Origin: Camelus dromedarius
Taxonomy: Eukaryota
Reading direction: 5' to 3'
Length of the DNA stretch: 64,000 nucleotides
Assembly: GCF_036321535.1 (NCBI RefSeq)
Contig: NC_087436.1
Location: 99,016,001-99,080,000, forward strand
In this document: positions 61,081-64,000 of the stretch, piece after piece
Position numbering within the stretch: the first letter of the stretch is position 1
How the letters are laid out: each line of letters begins with the position of its first letter
Translations under genes and position numbers: made by a program
The notes under the pieces: model-generated
Databases searched by the model: none
The model's input: only the letters and a program-made list of their open reading frames with translations
Told to the model about the DNA's origin: nothing

Positions 61081-62864
61081 AAATACTCACCTATGACATG
61101 TGAGATGTTTGACCAAAATATTAACTGATTGAGGCTATCTGGACAAACACTAGTCCACAACAGCAAGGACCATATATCACTGTTCCAGCAATATCTAATC
61201 CAGAGCACTGTGACACAAGACAAGTCTTACCTTTAGAACCATGATCTCTTACTTCTGGCGTGTTAGTTCTTCCTGTTTACCTCTGTCCTCCTTGCTTCTA
61301 CAGTAGTTACTCATTTATAACTTTCTCTTCCTTTCTAAAAGAATGGGGGTAGTAATTTTTGGTTGTCAACACTTGCTGACATACTTCTTTAGTGAGCGTA
61401 TGGAGTAGACAGGTGGGCACTAGTTATGATGCTTTCCCTGAAAGCACTTCTATGCTTTGTGATACTCTCATTGTCTGACAGAATTAAGGATCTTTTGTAA
61501 GCTCTCCTTTGCTTCTTACTTGAGCACTAGGAAGACAAGAGTCCAGAAAATTCTCCAGGGCCCCTTTTAAAATCAGGACATAATGAAGATCCATAAATGT
61601 GCATGTTCCTTGGCTTTCTCTTAATTAAATCATTTTAAAGTGATTTCACAATGAGGTTGGTTTTATTTCACACTAATTAATTTCCAATACTTTTTTTTCT
61701 TTTATCTTATATGCTTTCAGTTTAATGAATCTAAGTAGTAGGGAACTGCCTATATTTATTTGTAATATTTCCTGGTATAAATTTTATTACTCAGTTTATT
61801 AACAATAACTGCCACTTTACATTGTAGAGAGTTGTAGTCTGTTTGAGGGCATTGGGGGCTAGTTTACTTTGTTAATGCATAAACTTTAGCAGTATTATTA
61901 GTTTAGATATATGCTCAACTCTTTAGAGAACTATCTGCATAAGACTCGAACAGCGGTTTTCTTTAGATTATCAACCTTTGATTAAATGATCGAAAATCAA
62001 TTCTATGAATATAATTCATTAATGGTACTATTTACATTGAAAAAATAACAGAAATAAACAAAAACTTAGTGACTCTTCTTTTTTTGCTTATTTTTATGAA
62101 CACATTTCCAAGAAATAACAACAGAGTAATTATGGAAGCCGAAAGAGAAGAAGGATATCTCAATCACTTGCCCCAATAAAGTTTGTGTCAAGGTTTGAAT
62201 CGTCATTTCCAGTTCTTTCTCATCACACAAAAAAGCATTCATTATACTACTTATGTGTTAGTGCTAGAACATGTTAGTGGAAAATTTACAGTAAGGATCT
62301 TCAGGGAATATAAATTCTAAGGCTGTTCAACAACTATGTTACTGATATGCTTGTAAAGAATATGGAGATATAATTAAAAAAACACAAAATAGAATTAAAC
62401 CAATATTTTAATGAAAAGAATACAACAAAAGGATAAACACATTTTTGACATGAGGTTAAATATATATAAAAATATATATAAATATATATAAAAATCCTTT
62501 GATGCCTATCAAAAGTGTAAGTATATGGCAGTCCAATAAATTTAAAAAGTGCTACATAAATTTTATGAAGTACTTCTTTCACTCACAAGATCTTAGCTTC
62601 ATTCACTGTAGGTCATTGTTTATTCCAGGCTTCAATATCATAAAGAATCAGACTTTTAACTATCAAACTCTCCAATGCATAGGCCAACATATTAAATGCT
62701 AAATCCCGAATTAAATCACTATTTTGATAGTAATTACTAATCTATTATTTCTCTTCATTATCTCTCTTGTAGCTCTTCTATGCTAAATAGCCCTTCTATG
62801 CTATAACATTCCAAATTTTTAGAGCACACAGGGATTTCAGACAGCATTAAAGTTTTATTTTGTG

Positions 62865-62891
62865 TTTTTTTTTTTTTTTTTTTTTTTTTTT
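62865..62891. repeat. Poly(T)27
   Basis: Visible homopolymer run. Confidence 0.95.
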
Positions 62892-62893
62892 CC

Positions 62894-63230
62894 TGTTGCC
62901 CCGGCCCACCAGATTCATTCTCAATCCTTCTCTGCTTTGATTGTCTGATTGCTATGATGGCATCACTTGGATTCCTCTGCAGGCTTTGAGCTGGGTTTCA
63001 CTAATGAGAGAAAAGTCAGGCCATTACTCCTCCAATTCAGGCTTGTTTCAACTGTGTTTACGGTAGTGACTGTGTCCTTCCATGACTATAATTTATTGAT
63101 GAAAGACCTTTTTCACTACTGCTAGTTTCTAAAAAACTCAAACCCCTTTGTTGCTTCCCTAAAGTCTGTTCATACTTATATAAATATTCTTTTCATTGAA
63201 ATCCTTTCAATTGAGCCATCAGAGTGGACA
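62894..63230 (+). mobile_element. ERVL solo LTR, LTR33-like
   Basis: 'ccagattcattctcaatccttctc...gctgggtttcactaatgagag...tagtgactgtgtcctt...ccctttgttgcttccctaaagtctgttcatac...ttcattgaaatcctttcaatt'. Confidence 0.72.
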
Positions 63231-63417
63231 AAAAGCTGAGAAGTAGAGTAGATGATTGAAAATATACCACCAAGAAGCACAAGCTCAGACAGAATTCTGG
63301 AACCAGATGGATCATCTGTTAGTTGAACACAAGAGTGGTATACTTGCAGGGGAAAGCAGAACAATGATAGTCTGTTATTCACTGACACCAGACTTACCCA
63401 AATTATCACTACTGGTG

Positions 63418-63598
63418 GCTGACTGGCCACATAATTTGCAGTCCTCAATGCAAAAATAAAAATGCTGGTTCCCTTGTTTCAAACTCATCAAAAATTTCAA
63501 GACAGTAACAACAGAGCATTAAAACAAGTGCTGAGTCTTAGCGAGTGCAGGGCTCTGTGGAAATGCATATGCTGCGAGCCTTTAAAACTTACTCCAGC
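63418..63598 (-). mobile_element. MER45A hAT-Tip100 DNA transposon
   Basis: 'ctggccacataatttgc...tgcaaaaataaaaatg...aatttcaagacagtaacaacagagcattaaaacaagtg...agggctctgtg' matches reverse-complement MER45A. Confidence 0.85.
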
Positions 63599-64000
63599 TG
63601 AGTACATTAGCCTGGAGTACTAATGGAAGACAAAGGTTTGTGTAATCAAGTGTTGTTTCAATCAAGTGTGAAAAACATGAAAATTATAATGGTTGCAGTA
63701 AAACTGTGAGGTAGAATGCATATCTCGGTGCTGGAGAATGGGCAAAAAGAAAATAGTAATTGAAAATGCCTTTATTTCTGAATTGCAAATACAGGTGGGA
63801 AGCTTCCATGATAGACTTAAAACAATCTTATATTTCTGGAAGAAAGGCATGCTGACGACTTGGCTCTAAATCAGACTGTGTAGGTTAAGACTTGCAAGGC
63901 CAGTTAAATGAGCAACTTCCAATCTCAAGTCTCTCAGGCTTGGAATAGGACCCTGGTGAGGATAAGCAGGATTTAAAGACTTGGTTTGGGGACATTTTGG

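Noticed and set aside
62865..62891. Poly(T)27 as the tail of a retrocopy
   Set aside because: No TSD or mRNA/SINE body next to it; it abuts an LTR33 start and is more likely a homopolymer expansion.
1..64000. CRISPR arrays, operons, tRNA/rRNA genes, CpG islands
   Set aside because: None seen; this is mammalian repeat-rich DNA with no regularly spaced repeats or long ORFs.

Overview
AT-rich, CpG-poor mammalian genomic DNA with no protein-coding gene, structural RNA gene or CpG island that I can recognise. It is most likely intergenic or deep-intronic. The window is largely a mosaic of decayed eutherian repeats: L1, L2, MIR, MaLR MLT1 LTRs, ERVL LTR16/LTR33/LTR40-like solo LTRs, the DNA transposons MER20, MER5A, MER45A and a Tigger2-type MITE, and microsatellites. 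The youngest elements are L1 3' ends resembling camelid L1, and I see no Alu, Bov-tA/BovB, PRE-1 or SINEC, so a camelid or other non-ruminant cetartiodactyl source is likely (inference). The supplied ORFs are short chance ORFs or L1 remnants. I found no convincing novel biological system. The most notable structures are a TSD-bounded 5'-inverted L1 lacking almost all of ORF2 (14518-15740), a 3'-truncated L1 with TSD (34838-35220), an ancient LTR16 that has kept many CpGs (2606-3060), several motif-rich repeat-free blocks that may be enhancers, and some exon-like non-coding segments. Repeat names come from recalled consensus sequences and boundaries are approximate unless TIRs or TSDs are quoted.
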